A stretch of 64,000 bases of DNA from an uncultured Bacteroides sp. Lineage in GTDB: Bacteria > Bacteroidota > Bacteroidia > Bacteroidales > GCA-2748055. Below the pieces are notes generated by a model. The model ran no database searches and was not told where the DNA came from. It was given only the letters and a program-made list of their open reading frames with translations. Location: NCBI GenBank assembly GCA_964500835.1, contig CAZCQL010000003.1:41534-105533 (forward strand), read 5' to 3'. This document shows positions 31,300-39,032 of the stretch, piece after piece; position 1 is the stretch's first letter, and every line of letters begins with the position of its first letter. The translations under genes and the position numbers were made by a program.

Positions 31300-31953
31300 A
31301 TGAATTGGAGAAACCTTCGGATGGTTGTCTTCCTCCTGTGCTGTATTTACATGAATATGGCAGGACAGAGAAGTATTTACCTTGAAATACTTCCGGGGTT
31401 TGCGCATGCTTTTCCCTCGAACTTAAAGATACACCAGGAAGGGTATAGTGATATCGAATTCCTGGCCCGTTACAAAGTAAAACCATTCACCCTACCCATA
31501 TATTATTCATACCGGGCCGGTCTCAGCCTGAATAAAAGCCTGTCATTCGAAATCGAGTTAAATCACCTCAAGCTTTACCTGGTCAACAAACCGGATGAAA
31601 TACAGCAATTCTCTGTCTCTCATGGATATAACCAGGTATGGTTTAGCCTCATCAAGGAGTTCCGGTTCTTCCATGTAAGGGGCGGAATGGGCCCTGTGAT
31701 TGCACATCCTGAAAATACGGTCAGGGGGAACACTTTGTCGGGTACAGGAGGCCTTTTTGACAATGGCTATTTTCTGGATGGGATAACCTCTCAGCTTGCG
31801 GTTCAAAAAAGAATGTACCTGCTTAAAAATGTATATCTCTCTGCGGAGGCTAAGCTAAATGCCTCCTTTTCCCGTACCAATGTTGTGGATGGATATGCCA
31901 ATATTTCGGTCTTTGCTTTTCATGCGCTGCTGGGTGCGGGGGTGTCATTCTAA
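31300..31953 (+). CDS. Hypothetical outer-membrane beta-barrel protein
   Basis: 217 aa with a signal peptide, alternating-hydrophobic strands and a terminal aromatic residue (..GAGVSF). Confidence 0.5.
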   Translation: MNWRNLRMVVFLLCCIYMNMAGQRSIYLEILPGFAHAFPSNLKIHQEGYSDIEFLARYKVKPFTLPIYYSYRAGLSLNKSLSFEIELNHLKLYLVNKPDEIQQFSVSHGYNQVWFSLIKEFRFFHVRGGMGPVIAHPENTVRGNTLSGTGGLFDNGYFLDGITSQLAVQKRMYLLKNVYLSAEAKLNASFSRTNVVDGYANISVFAFHALLGAGVSF

Positions 31954-32192
31954 GGATAGTATATGATTTCAGCATAAATTACCAGCTAAGGCATTCTATT
32001 TCAGCCAATTGTTAAAAAATATGTTAATTCTTCCTGAAAGAGAATAGTCCTCAATATTTAGACTGAAATTGTAGTTTACTGTTACAGTAAAATCATTAAT
32101 ATCTGAAAAATACACTTGCATACATCACTTTCATTATACTTGTCTCTTCCTGTGAGAGCAGCAGGCAAAGTTCATTTGATGAAAAACTCCCT

Positions 32193-35100
32193 ATGTATCC
32201 GGCTCCACAAGCGGTTGCATTAAACGCCAAAGAAGGTTATGTAATCAACCTGGTTTCAGGAGACAGCATTCAACCTATAATAAATTCAGTTGGTGATACG
32301 GTAAAAACTGGAGTTCCAATACCTGCAAGAGGTAGAGTCATCCGTCCCAATAGTACAGACCAGCCTAATATTATTCCTGCAGGTGAACCAAAAGTGGTAC
32401 CTGTTAACCGAAACGAACATAAAATACCGGAAGCCCTAACTGTCATCACTATAAATAAGAACTTGCTGAAAACTTTTACACTCGGTGTTGATACTTCTGC
32501 TTTTGTGCTGGTTAGCTCCACTGGAGATACTATACGTTCAGGTGTACCCATAGCCATTACCGGGAAAGTTGTGTCCTGCAAACAACCTCAACCTGTGGAG
32601 GCCTTGCCTCCACGAAGGAATGATAATGCCAACATTAATATGAAATATTTGGATGTGGATCAGGGGATGAGTTCTTCTTATATCTTGTCCATACAGGAGG
32701 ACAGCCAGGGCAATTTCTGGTTGGGTACAGGACGCGATGGGGTGAGCATGTATAATGGTGAAACATTTACACATTTTACTGAAACAGAGGGTTTAAGTAG
32801 TAATTATATCAGGTCCATCCTGATTGACCATCAAGGTAATCTCTGGTTTGGCACGTATGGAGGAGGGTTGAGCATGTATGATGGGGAGTCTTTTACGCAT
32901 TTTACTGAAAAAGAGGGTTTAAGCAGTAATAATGTCTGGTCAGTCATGGAGGACAGCCATGGAAATCTTTGGATCGGAACAGACGGCGGCGGGGTGAGTA
33001 TGTATAATGGTGAAACTATTACACATTTTACCGTAAAAGAAGGATTAAGTGATAATTATGTCTATTCCATCCTGGAGGACAGCCATGGCAATCTCTGGTT
33101 CGGCACATTTAACGGAGGGGTTAGCATGTATGATGGCGAAACATTTACACATTTTACGGTAAACGAGGGTCTTAGTGATAATTGGGTCAGATCCATTCTG
33201 GAGGACAGTTCGGGCAATCTTTGGTTTGGCACAGGCGAAGGAGGGGTGAGCATGTATGATGGTGAAACCTTTACACATTTTACCGAAAAAGAGGGATTAA
33301 GTGATAATTATATCCATTCCATCCTGGAGGACAGGCATGGCAATCTCTGGCTCTGCACGAATGGCGGATTGAGTATGTATAACGGTAAGACCTTTAGAAA
33401 CTTTACCGAAAAAGAGGGTCTAAGTAGTAATAATATAAGATCCATCGTGGAGGACAAGGAAGGGAATCTTTGGTTCGGAACAGAAGGCGGCGGGGTGGGT
33501 ATTTATAAAGACGATACTTTTACACATTTTACCTCAAATGAGGGATTAAATGATAATTGGGTTATATCCATCCTGGAGGATAGCCGGGGTAATCTCTGGT
33601 TCGGCACATTTAGCGGAGGGGCTAGCAGGTATGATGGCGAAACCTTTACACATTTTACTGAAAAAGAGGGATTAATAAGTAATACTGTCAGATCCATCCT
33701 GGAAGACAGTAAAGGCAATCTCTGGTTTGGCTCTAGCCGAGGAGTGAGCATGTATAATGGCAAGACCTTTACTAATTTCACCGAAAAAGAGGGATTAATT
33801 GATAATCGTGTCAGGACCATTCTGGAGGACAGCCATGGCAATCTCTGGTTCGGGACCAGGAAAGGAGGGGTTTGCATGTATAATGGTGAAACTTTTACCC
33901 ATTTTACCGAAAAAGAAGGACTAAGTGATAATTGGATCACCTCCAGCCTTAAAGACAGCAATGGCAATCTTTGGTTCGGCACATTTGGCGGAGGTGTCAG
34001 CATGTATGATGGCGAAAACTTTACTCATTTTACCGAAAAAGAGGGATTAATTGCGAATTGGGTTGTGTCCATCCTGGAGGATAGCCGGGGTAATCTCTGG
34101 TTCGGCACAGAAGGTGGAGGGGTTAGTTTATATAATGGTGAAATCTTTACGCAGTTTAGCAAAAAAGAGGGCCTGAGTAATAATAATGTACGGTCCATTT
34201 TAGAGGACAGCAACAATAATATATGGCTGGGTACGCTTAAGGGACTGAATCGCATGGTGTTTGAACCTGCTAGCGATTCTAGCATGAATCAGGATGGTAT
34301 AAAAAATGCGCTATTTAGCAACCCTGTCATTAATAATTATGGCAAGCAGGATGGTCTGAAAGGTATTGATTTCTATCAAAACAGCGTGTTATTAGACAGT
34401 AAAAAACGGATTTGGTGGGGCAGCGGTCAAAGCCTTACCATGTTGGATATGAACAATTTTAAAATACAATTTGAACGCCCCGCCATGCAGCTTAATCGAA
34501 TAGAAATTGACAACCAGTTTTTAGACTACCGAAACTTAAAAGAGAGTGCCGGTAAGGAAATGAAATTCAATGGTGTGGCAAAATATAATAACTACCCGTT
34601 AAACCTGAAACTCCCTTACACCAGTAATCACCTCAGCTTCTATTTTTCAGCCATCGACTGGCATGCACCGCATAAAATCAGGTACAGCTTCAAAATGGAG
34701 GGTTTAAATGATAAATGGAGTCAACCAACAGCAGAAGCCAAAGCAGATTTCACTAACCTGTCTCATGGTAACTTCACATTTGAAGTGCGTGCCATAGGAG
34801 AAGCGCAAAAGTGGAGCAAACCATTTGAATATACCTTTACAATATTGCCTCCCTGGTGGCATACCTGGTTGGCAAGATCGGGCTATGGCATCATTACATT
34901 ACTTCTTATTGTAGGTATTGTACGTTGGCGTACGGCCAAACTAAAACAACGGGAAAAAGAATTGTTAACTGAGGTGCAAAATGCTACGAAAGCAATCATA
35001 GCGCAGAAACATGAAGTTGAAACCCATCGCGACAAGCTTGAAATACAACGGGACCTTGTGGTCAAACAAAAAGAAGAGATCACAGATAGTTTGAATTATG

Positions 35101-35888
35101 CTCAGCGCATTCAGACTGCTGTCCTGCCTAACAAGGAATACATGGATGCAGTCATGCCGGAGTATTTTGTTTTATATAAACCCAGGGATATTGTAAGCGG
35201 AGACTTTTATTGGGTAAAGGAAGTCCAGGATCACCTGGTAATAGTTGGAGCAGATTGTACAGGCCATGGAGTTCCAGGAGCTTTCATGAGTATGTTAGGC
35301 ATTACACTGCTTAATGACCTGATAGGGGATAGATGTTTCGACGCACCTAGTGCAATTCTTGACCGGTTAAGACTGAAGATAAAAGAATTGCTGGTCCAGG
35401 AGGGTAACATTGAGGAACAGAAAGATGGGATAGATATGGTCATTGTAATATTAAACAAAACAACAAAAGAGCTTCTATTTTCGGGAGCAAATAATCCACT
35501 TTATATCATTCGGAAGAAGAAATTGGTGGCAGAATCTCAGCTTGAATCTTTGGCCTCTTTTGATAATAAGGACTATCAACTTTTTGAATTAAAAGGCGAT
35601 AAGCAGCCCATCGGCATACACTGGGAAGAAACTAATTTCTCAACCCATTCAATTTCACTTCAAGACCAGGACACCATCTATATTTTCTCCGATGGATTTA
35701 TAGATCAGAAAGGAGGTCCAAATAACAGGAAATTCCTTTCTTCTAATTTGAAAAGATCTCTGTTAGAAATACAGACATTATCGATGGATATGCAAAGGAA
35801 AAATCTGGATGATATCTTTAATAACTGGAAAAAAGAATTTAAGCAGGTGGATGATATCCTTGTCATGGGTATAAGGATTAATGAATGA
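32193..35888 (+). CDS. Sensor phosphatase: double beta-propeller (Reg_prop repeats) + Y_Y_Y + TM + coiled coil + SpoIIE/PP2C domain
   Basis: 1231 aa. It has 13-14 units of ..FT(H)FTEKEGLSDNxVxSILEDSxGNLWFGTxGGGVSMYDG.. and a Y_Y_Y-like segment (YSFKMEGLNDKWSQP..FTFEVRA). The TM helix is GYGIITLLLIVGIV. The PP2C motifs are SGDFYWV and GADCTGHGVPGAFMSMLG. The frame continues upstream to a CTG at 32103 (see findings). Confidence 0.9.
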   Translation: MYPAPQAVALNAKEGYVINLVSGDSIQPIINSVGDTVKTGVPIPARGRVIRPNSTDQPNIIPAGEPKVVPVNRNEHKIPEALTVITINKNLLKTFTLGVDTSAFVLVSSTGDTIRSGVPIAITGKVVSCKQPQPVEALPPRRNDNANINMKYLDVDQGMSSSYILSIQEDSQGNFWLGTGRDGVSMYNGETFTHFTETEGLSSNYIRSILIDHQGNLWFGTYGGGLSMYDGESFTHFTEKEGLSSNNVWSVMEDSHGNLWIGTDGGGVSMYNGETITHFTVKEGLSDNYVYSILEDSHGNLWFGTFNGGVSMYDGETFTHFTVNEGLSDNWVRSILEDSSGNLWFGTGEGGVSMYDGETFTHFTEKEGLSDNYIHSILEDRHGNLWLCTNGGLSMYNGKTFRNFTEKEGLSSNNIRSIVEDKEGNLWFGTEGGGVGIYKDDTFTHFTSNEGLNDNWVISILEDSRGNLWFGTFSGGASRYDGETFTHFTEKEGLISNTVRSILEDSKGNLWFGSSRGVSMYNGKTFTNFTEKEGLIDNRVRTILEDSHGNLWFGTRKGGVCMYNGETFTHFTEKEGLSDNWITSSLKDSNGNLWFGTFGGGVSMYDGENFTHFTEKEGLIANWVVSILEDSRGNLWFGTEGGGVSLYNGEIFTQFSKKEGLSNNNVRSILEDSNNNIWLGTLKGLNRMVFEPASDSSMNQDGIKNALFSNPVINNYGKQDGLKGIDFYQNSVLLDSKKRIWWGSGQSLTMLDMNNFKIQFERPAMQLNRIEIDNQFLDYRNLKESAGKEMKFNGVAKYNNYPLNLKLPYTSNHLSFYFSAIDWHAPHKIRYSFKMEGLNDKWSQPTAEAKADFTNLSHGNFTFEVRAIGEAQKWSKPFEYTFTILPPWWHTWLARSGYGIITLLLIVGIVRWRTAKLKQREKELLTEVQNATKAIIAQKHEVETHRDKLEIQRDLVVKQKEEITDSLNYAQRIQTAVLPNKEYMDAVMPEYFVLYKPRDIVSGDFYWVKEVQDHLVIVGADCTGHGVPGAFMSMLGITLLNDLIGDRCFDAPSAILDRLRLKIKELLVQEGNIEEQKDGIDMVIVILNKTTKELLFSGANNPLYIIRKKKLVAESQLESLASFDNKDYQLFELKGDKQPIGIHWEETNFSTHSISLQDQDTIYIFSDGFIDQKGGPNNRKFLSSNLKRSLLEIQTLSMDMQRKNLDDIFNNWKKEFKQVDDILVMGIRINE
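32670..34255 (+). repeat. Tandem 126-bp (42-aa) coding repeats, about 13 copies (propeller blades)
   Basis: The period was measured between recurring ggcaatct(c/t)tggtt strings (for example 33087 vs 33213). Long near-identical DNA stretches occur between units. Confidence 0.9.
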
Positions 35889-35968
35889 TAGTGATGTAGA
35901 GGTTTCTGTGAATGATTTAACCAGATTTCTATGGCGACTATCTGCCAGGCCCCTTAATATTATTCTGC

Positions 35969-36190
35969 TTGACATTCTCTACATATTGCTGGCAAGAAAA
36001 TGATGATGATTTTAATAAAATCACTTATGGAGCTATCTATACAGAAACTGTGAGCACTTCTGAAAAAAATATTTGCCCATCCGGTTGGCATGTTTCAACT
36101 CATGAGGACTGGTTAGAATTAGAACAAGATTTGGGTCGAGCTGAAATTGCAGGAGGTAAACTTAAAGCAGTTGGTACTGATTATTTGTAA
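35969..36190 (+). pseudogene. Fragment of a FISUMP (Fibrobacter succinogenes major paralogous) domain gene, truncated at both ends
   Basis: ..YGAIYTE..ICPSGWHVSTHEDWLELEQDLG..AGGKLKAVGTD matches the family core. There is no signal peptide or N-terminus. It ends abruptly where the IS-associated sequence begins. Confidence 0.6.
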
Positions 36191-36360
36191 TATATCAGCA
36201 CCTCGTTTACATGATTTTAATTAAGCAAAATATCATCAGGTCGTTTACACATATTAAAGCTTGTAACGCGATGCAGTTCATTAAATGCCGTACTGCCCCC
36301 CTATGGGGGCGCGCCTTCTAAGGAAGGCAAAATATCATCAGTTCATTGACATATTGTTTT

Positions 36361-37410
36361 TCAGTCTACAGGTATTGTAAATGGGAACATATGATGGATT
36401 ATTCCATCTTGCTTCACCAATAGGACGTGTTGGTCTATGACTATTTCTGCAACGACATAGGTATAGATCAGCTCTTTCTTGACAGTGAAGCAGGTTCTTA
36501 GTATTGTAAGGCTTCTGTCGCTTCTTATAAAGCGTATGAAGATTACAGAGCCATCAACAAGGGGGATTGGATCCTTCAGGTTGATCGGCCCTAGTTTGTT
36601 CTCCTGGGAGATGGATTTTATCTGATCAGGAGTTTTACCGCCCTGTGTAGAGTAACGATGGTTCTGATTGTGAAAATCTGAGAAACCGGGCGTTTTCTCT
36701 TCCAGGTCTTCATACGAGGCGAACATCTGAACTGAGAAGAAGTACTTGGACAAGTTCGAGTTGAACTTTTCAATTACTCCGTTCCTCCAGGGTTCAGATG
36801 GAGGTATGAAGATGGGCGTTACGCCCTGTGACAGAGCCAGACGCACTACTATTCCAAAACTCCTGGGATAGCGATTACTCCCTCTAAATGACAGTTCATT
36901 ATCCATTTGGAGCTAATCTGGCACTCCATAGGTAGTCCAGAAGTACGCAAGATGCTGGGCTATCGATGGGGAGCTTTTATCTCTGATCGGATAAACTCCA
37001 ACATGATGATTTTCAGTATCAATTATGTTCTGAAAATAGAATCGGGATCCTCCGGTAAGATACCTGGGACCTACCAGGTCCATCTGTTGGACAAGCGTAA
37101 AATAGTTCGGGTATTCAATGCCCTTTCTCTGTTTTACACTGCTGGGAATGATCAGATTATTCCTCTTCAATATCCGGTTTATGGTCGGTATTGAAGGTGG
37201 TTTTAGTCCCATACGATCTATCTCATACATGATGCTTAATGCACCAGTCTGAGAGTAACGACGGCCAGCCAAAGCCTTTCTGACATTGACAACCAACTCT
37301 TCCTCTTTTGGGGAAGTCCGGTTGCGAGCTTGCTTAAGCGAAGTCGATCTGGAGTGATACCAGTCTGCTGAATACCAAAGTGGAAATCGTTTAGCCGATA
37401 ACAGTATCAA
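36361..37410 (-). pseudogene. DDE transposase (rve family) interrupted by one in-frame TAG and lacking its N-terminal HTH region
   Basis: ORFs 36913-37410 and 36361-36906 are in the same frame: ..TTYGVPD-TAG-LQMDNELSFRG... DDE candidates are QQMDLVG, LQMDNE and NGVIEKFN. Upstream, the frame carries two further stops (..EYIKKKSK*WIK*N..). Confidence 0.75.
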
Positions 37411-37418
37411 ATTTCACT

Positions 37419-37456
37419 TTATCCACTATTTGGATTTCTTTTTGATATACTCTGCT
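37419..37456. repeat. Left copy of an imperfect direct repeat flanking the two-gene cassette
   Basis: ttatcca-N8-atttctttttgat-atactctgct, compared with 38684-38722 ttatcca-N9-atttctttttgat-gtacccagct. Confidence 0.7.
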
Positions 37457-37754
37457 AAAATGCGACAGAGTGGGGCAAGGTGCAACTATTCGATTACGAG
37501 TGAACGGCCAAGGTTGCGATTGAATAATCAGCCTAATTGAAGAAAAACATCAAGGGATTGTGGCATGATACATGCTTATAGAATTGTGAATAAATAGGAT
37601 GGAATTTATGTTTAAACGTGTAGTTTTCCACCTGAAAACCGTAAATTGTCATCAAATGTTCATAACATTGTGCCCATTTTCAGCGTAAGAAATACGAATT
37701 CTCTAGATTTCAACAACCAAGTCGCTCTTTATAAGTTAGGTTATTAAATTATTT

Positions 37755-38228
37755 ATGACAGTAGCTACACATACAAAAATTGAGAGTAAATCTTCATCGG
37801 ATTGGATACTTCAACCACAAAAGGGATACTTTACCCACGACGAACTAATCGACGCATATCTCAAGGGAAAGGAAGAGCAAAAAAACGAAAATCAACGAAT
37901 TCTAATGAAGGAGCTTCAGGCGAATATTGAGTTGGCCAAAAGCATAGTTGAGCAAATTTCTGAGGAGATCGTGAAAAAAGGATTCGATACTGTGAAATCC
38001 TATTTACGAATAAATAATATCTCCAAGTATGACGCAATATTCGATGTCCCCGTTGATCATTTCACCTCTGAGCAATTTGATGAGGTGTATAAATTAAGTA
38101 GCGCAAAGAGAAGGGAGTCAAATTCTGACACCTTTAGTATAAACCTAACGTTCATGCCCCATACAGAGAGTTTAAATGAGAAGCGTATTGTGTGCGAGGG
38201 CTTCATTTACTCCTATGAAAAACGCTGA
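37755..38228 (+). CDS. Hypothetical protein (157 aa), first gene of an overlapping pair
   Basis: Clean ORF starting at an ATG. No motif was recognised by eye. It looks helical/charged at the N-terminus (KEEQKNENQRILMKELQANIELAKSIVEQISEEIVKK). Confidence 0.6.
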   Translation: MTVATHTKIESKSSSDWILQPQKGYFTHDELIDAYLKGKEEQKNENQRILMKELQANIELAKSIVEQISEEIVKKGFDTVKSYLRINNISKYDAIFDVPVDHFTSEQFDEVYKLSSAKRRESNSDTFSINLTFMPHTESLNEKRIVCEGFIYSYEKR

Positions 38229-38634
38229 CAATCTCGAGTACGCAAAACACAATGAAAAAGCATGTAGGTACCTTGATAAAAAACAGGAGTTTACCGATTG
38301 GGTTATAACAACAGCATTCTACGCCGCCCTCCATTTTGTTCGATATAAAATCTTCCCTATCACTAGAACCTTGGGGGGGAAGAAAGTGAAGTTTAACGAC
38401 TTTGAGAATTACTATCGCTCAAACAATCCATTAAATGTTTCCAAGCATCTGCTGCTATCTGACCTTGTGCAGGAATTACATCCAACAATTGCTGTAGATT
38501 ATGATAAGCTCAAGGATATTTCTTGGACTGCCAGGTACAACAACTATAAATATTCGAGAGAGGTTTCAAATGATGCAAAAAGCCGACTTGAGAAGATCAG
38601 AAACTATTGTAATCCAACTCCTTCTCCTAAATAG
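38215..38634 (+). CDS. Hypothetical all-helical protein (139 aa), second gene of the pair
   Basis: The ATG at 38215 lies 14 nt inside gene 1 (tcctATGaaaaacgcTGA). EYAKHNEKACRYLDKK..DWVITTAFYAALHFVRYKIF suggests a helical-bundle (HEPN-like?) fold. No clear Rx4-6H motif is present. Confidence 0.6.
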   Translation: MKNADNLEYAKHNEKACRYLDKKQEFTDWVITTAFYAALHFVRYKIFPITRTLGGKKVKFNDFENYYRSNNPLNVSKHLLLSDLVQELHPTIAVDYDKLKDISWTARYNNYKYSREVSNDAKSRLEKIRNYCNPTPSPK

Positions 38635-38683
38635 CTCGGATATTTAAGAGGTTTTCAGCTATTTAATCACCCCCTCATTCACC

Positions 38684-38722
38684 TTATCCATCTGGTCGTA
38701 TTTCTTTTTGATGTACCCAGCT
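38684..38722. repeat. Right copy of the cassette-flanking direct repeat
   Basis: See 37419-37456. On the minus strand it reads ..AGYIKKKYDQMDKVN.., homologous to the degenerate transposase leader (..AEYIKKKSK*WIK*N..). Confidence 0.7.
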
Positions 38723-38726
38723 GTTA

Positions 38727-38760
38727 TTAAAAAAGAGCACCCAGTCCCCCGGGCGCTCTA
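38727..38760 (-). terminator. Minus-strand Rho-independent terminator
   Basis: The minus sense reads agagcgccc-ggggact-gggtgctct followed by tttttt. The imperfect position is G-U only in the minus-sense RNA. Confidence 0.6.
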
Positions 38761-38797
38761 ATAGGTCAATTCTGATATTATGTTATTCAAATCGCTT

Positions 38798-38841
38798 GCA
38801 AATATAAAGCCACCTACAATTTGAATTCTTGTAAGTGGCTT
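38798..38841 (-). terminator. 13-bp hairpin plus U-rich tail directly after the distal tRNA-3'-end copy
   Basis: The plus strand reads aagccacctacaa-tttgaattc-ttgtaagtggctt. The mismatch is G-U in the minus sense, and the hairpin is followed (minus) by ttatattt. Confidence 0.55.
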
Positions 38842-38847
38842 ATTATT

Positions 38848-38960
38848 AAGTAGCGAGAGGGAGAGTTGCTCCGCCTTGCAGGCGTCGCGAGTAGTTGTGG
38901 GGGTGCTTTACAATTAAAAGCCCTTTGTTTGCTGCGCTCACAAATTGGTCTTTTTCCATT
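38848..38960 (-). repeat. ~110-nt repeat copy 1: 15-nt tRNA-Met 3'-end match (38850-38864) plus a conserved ~90-nt arm
   Basis: gtagcgagagggaga is identical to 42314-42328. The remainder aligns with 42128-42239 at roughly 85% identity by eye. Confidence 0.85.
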
Positions 38961-39032
38961 CCGTACTTATGAAATTTGACATTGGGGTGCTCGTTATCGT
39001 AACTTACAAATAATCACCAAAACCCAGCAGTC

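Larger units (their letters stand above)
36191..37490 (-). mobile_element. Degenerate IS remnant carrying a DDE (rve/integrase-core) transposase pseudogene
   Basis: Holds the transposase ORFs below. About 30-nt direct repeats lie downstream of the transposase stop (36225-36255 vs 36327-36356; the first 15 nt, gcaaaatatcatcag, are identical). A weaker third copy sits at 37647-37673. No clean terminal inverted repeats were found. Confidence 0.6.

Noticed and set aside
33045-34285. A periodic array of antisense ORFs and regularly spaced repeats, which could superficially resemble a CRISPR-like or other non-coding array.
   Set aside because: The 126-bp period is exactly 42 codons of the sense-strand propeller repeats. 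There are no unique spacers, and the whole region is one long open sense frame. No CRISPR array exists anywhere in the window.
36907-37194. 95-aa plus-strand ORF inside the IS.
   Set aside because: It is antisense to the clearly homologous DDE transposase frame and has no independent support.
38848-38960. The repeat copies considered as pseudo-tRNA genes. The minus sense contains CTGCAAG, which could be a GCA (Cys) anticodon loop, plus a tRNA-like 3' acceptor strand.
   Set aside because: Only 3 bp of anticodon stem can form. The T-arm is disrupted (GGAGCAACTCTCC), and there is no D-arm or 5' acceptor strand. This is better explained as an att core plus element arm.
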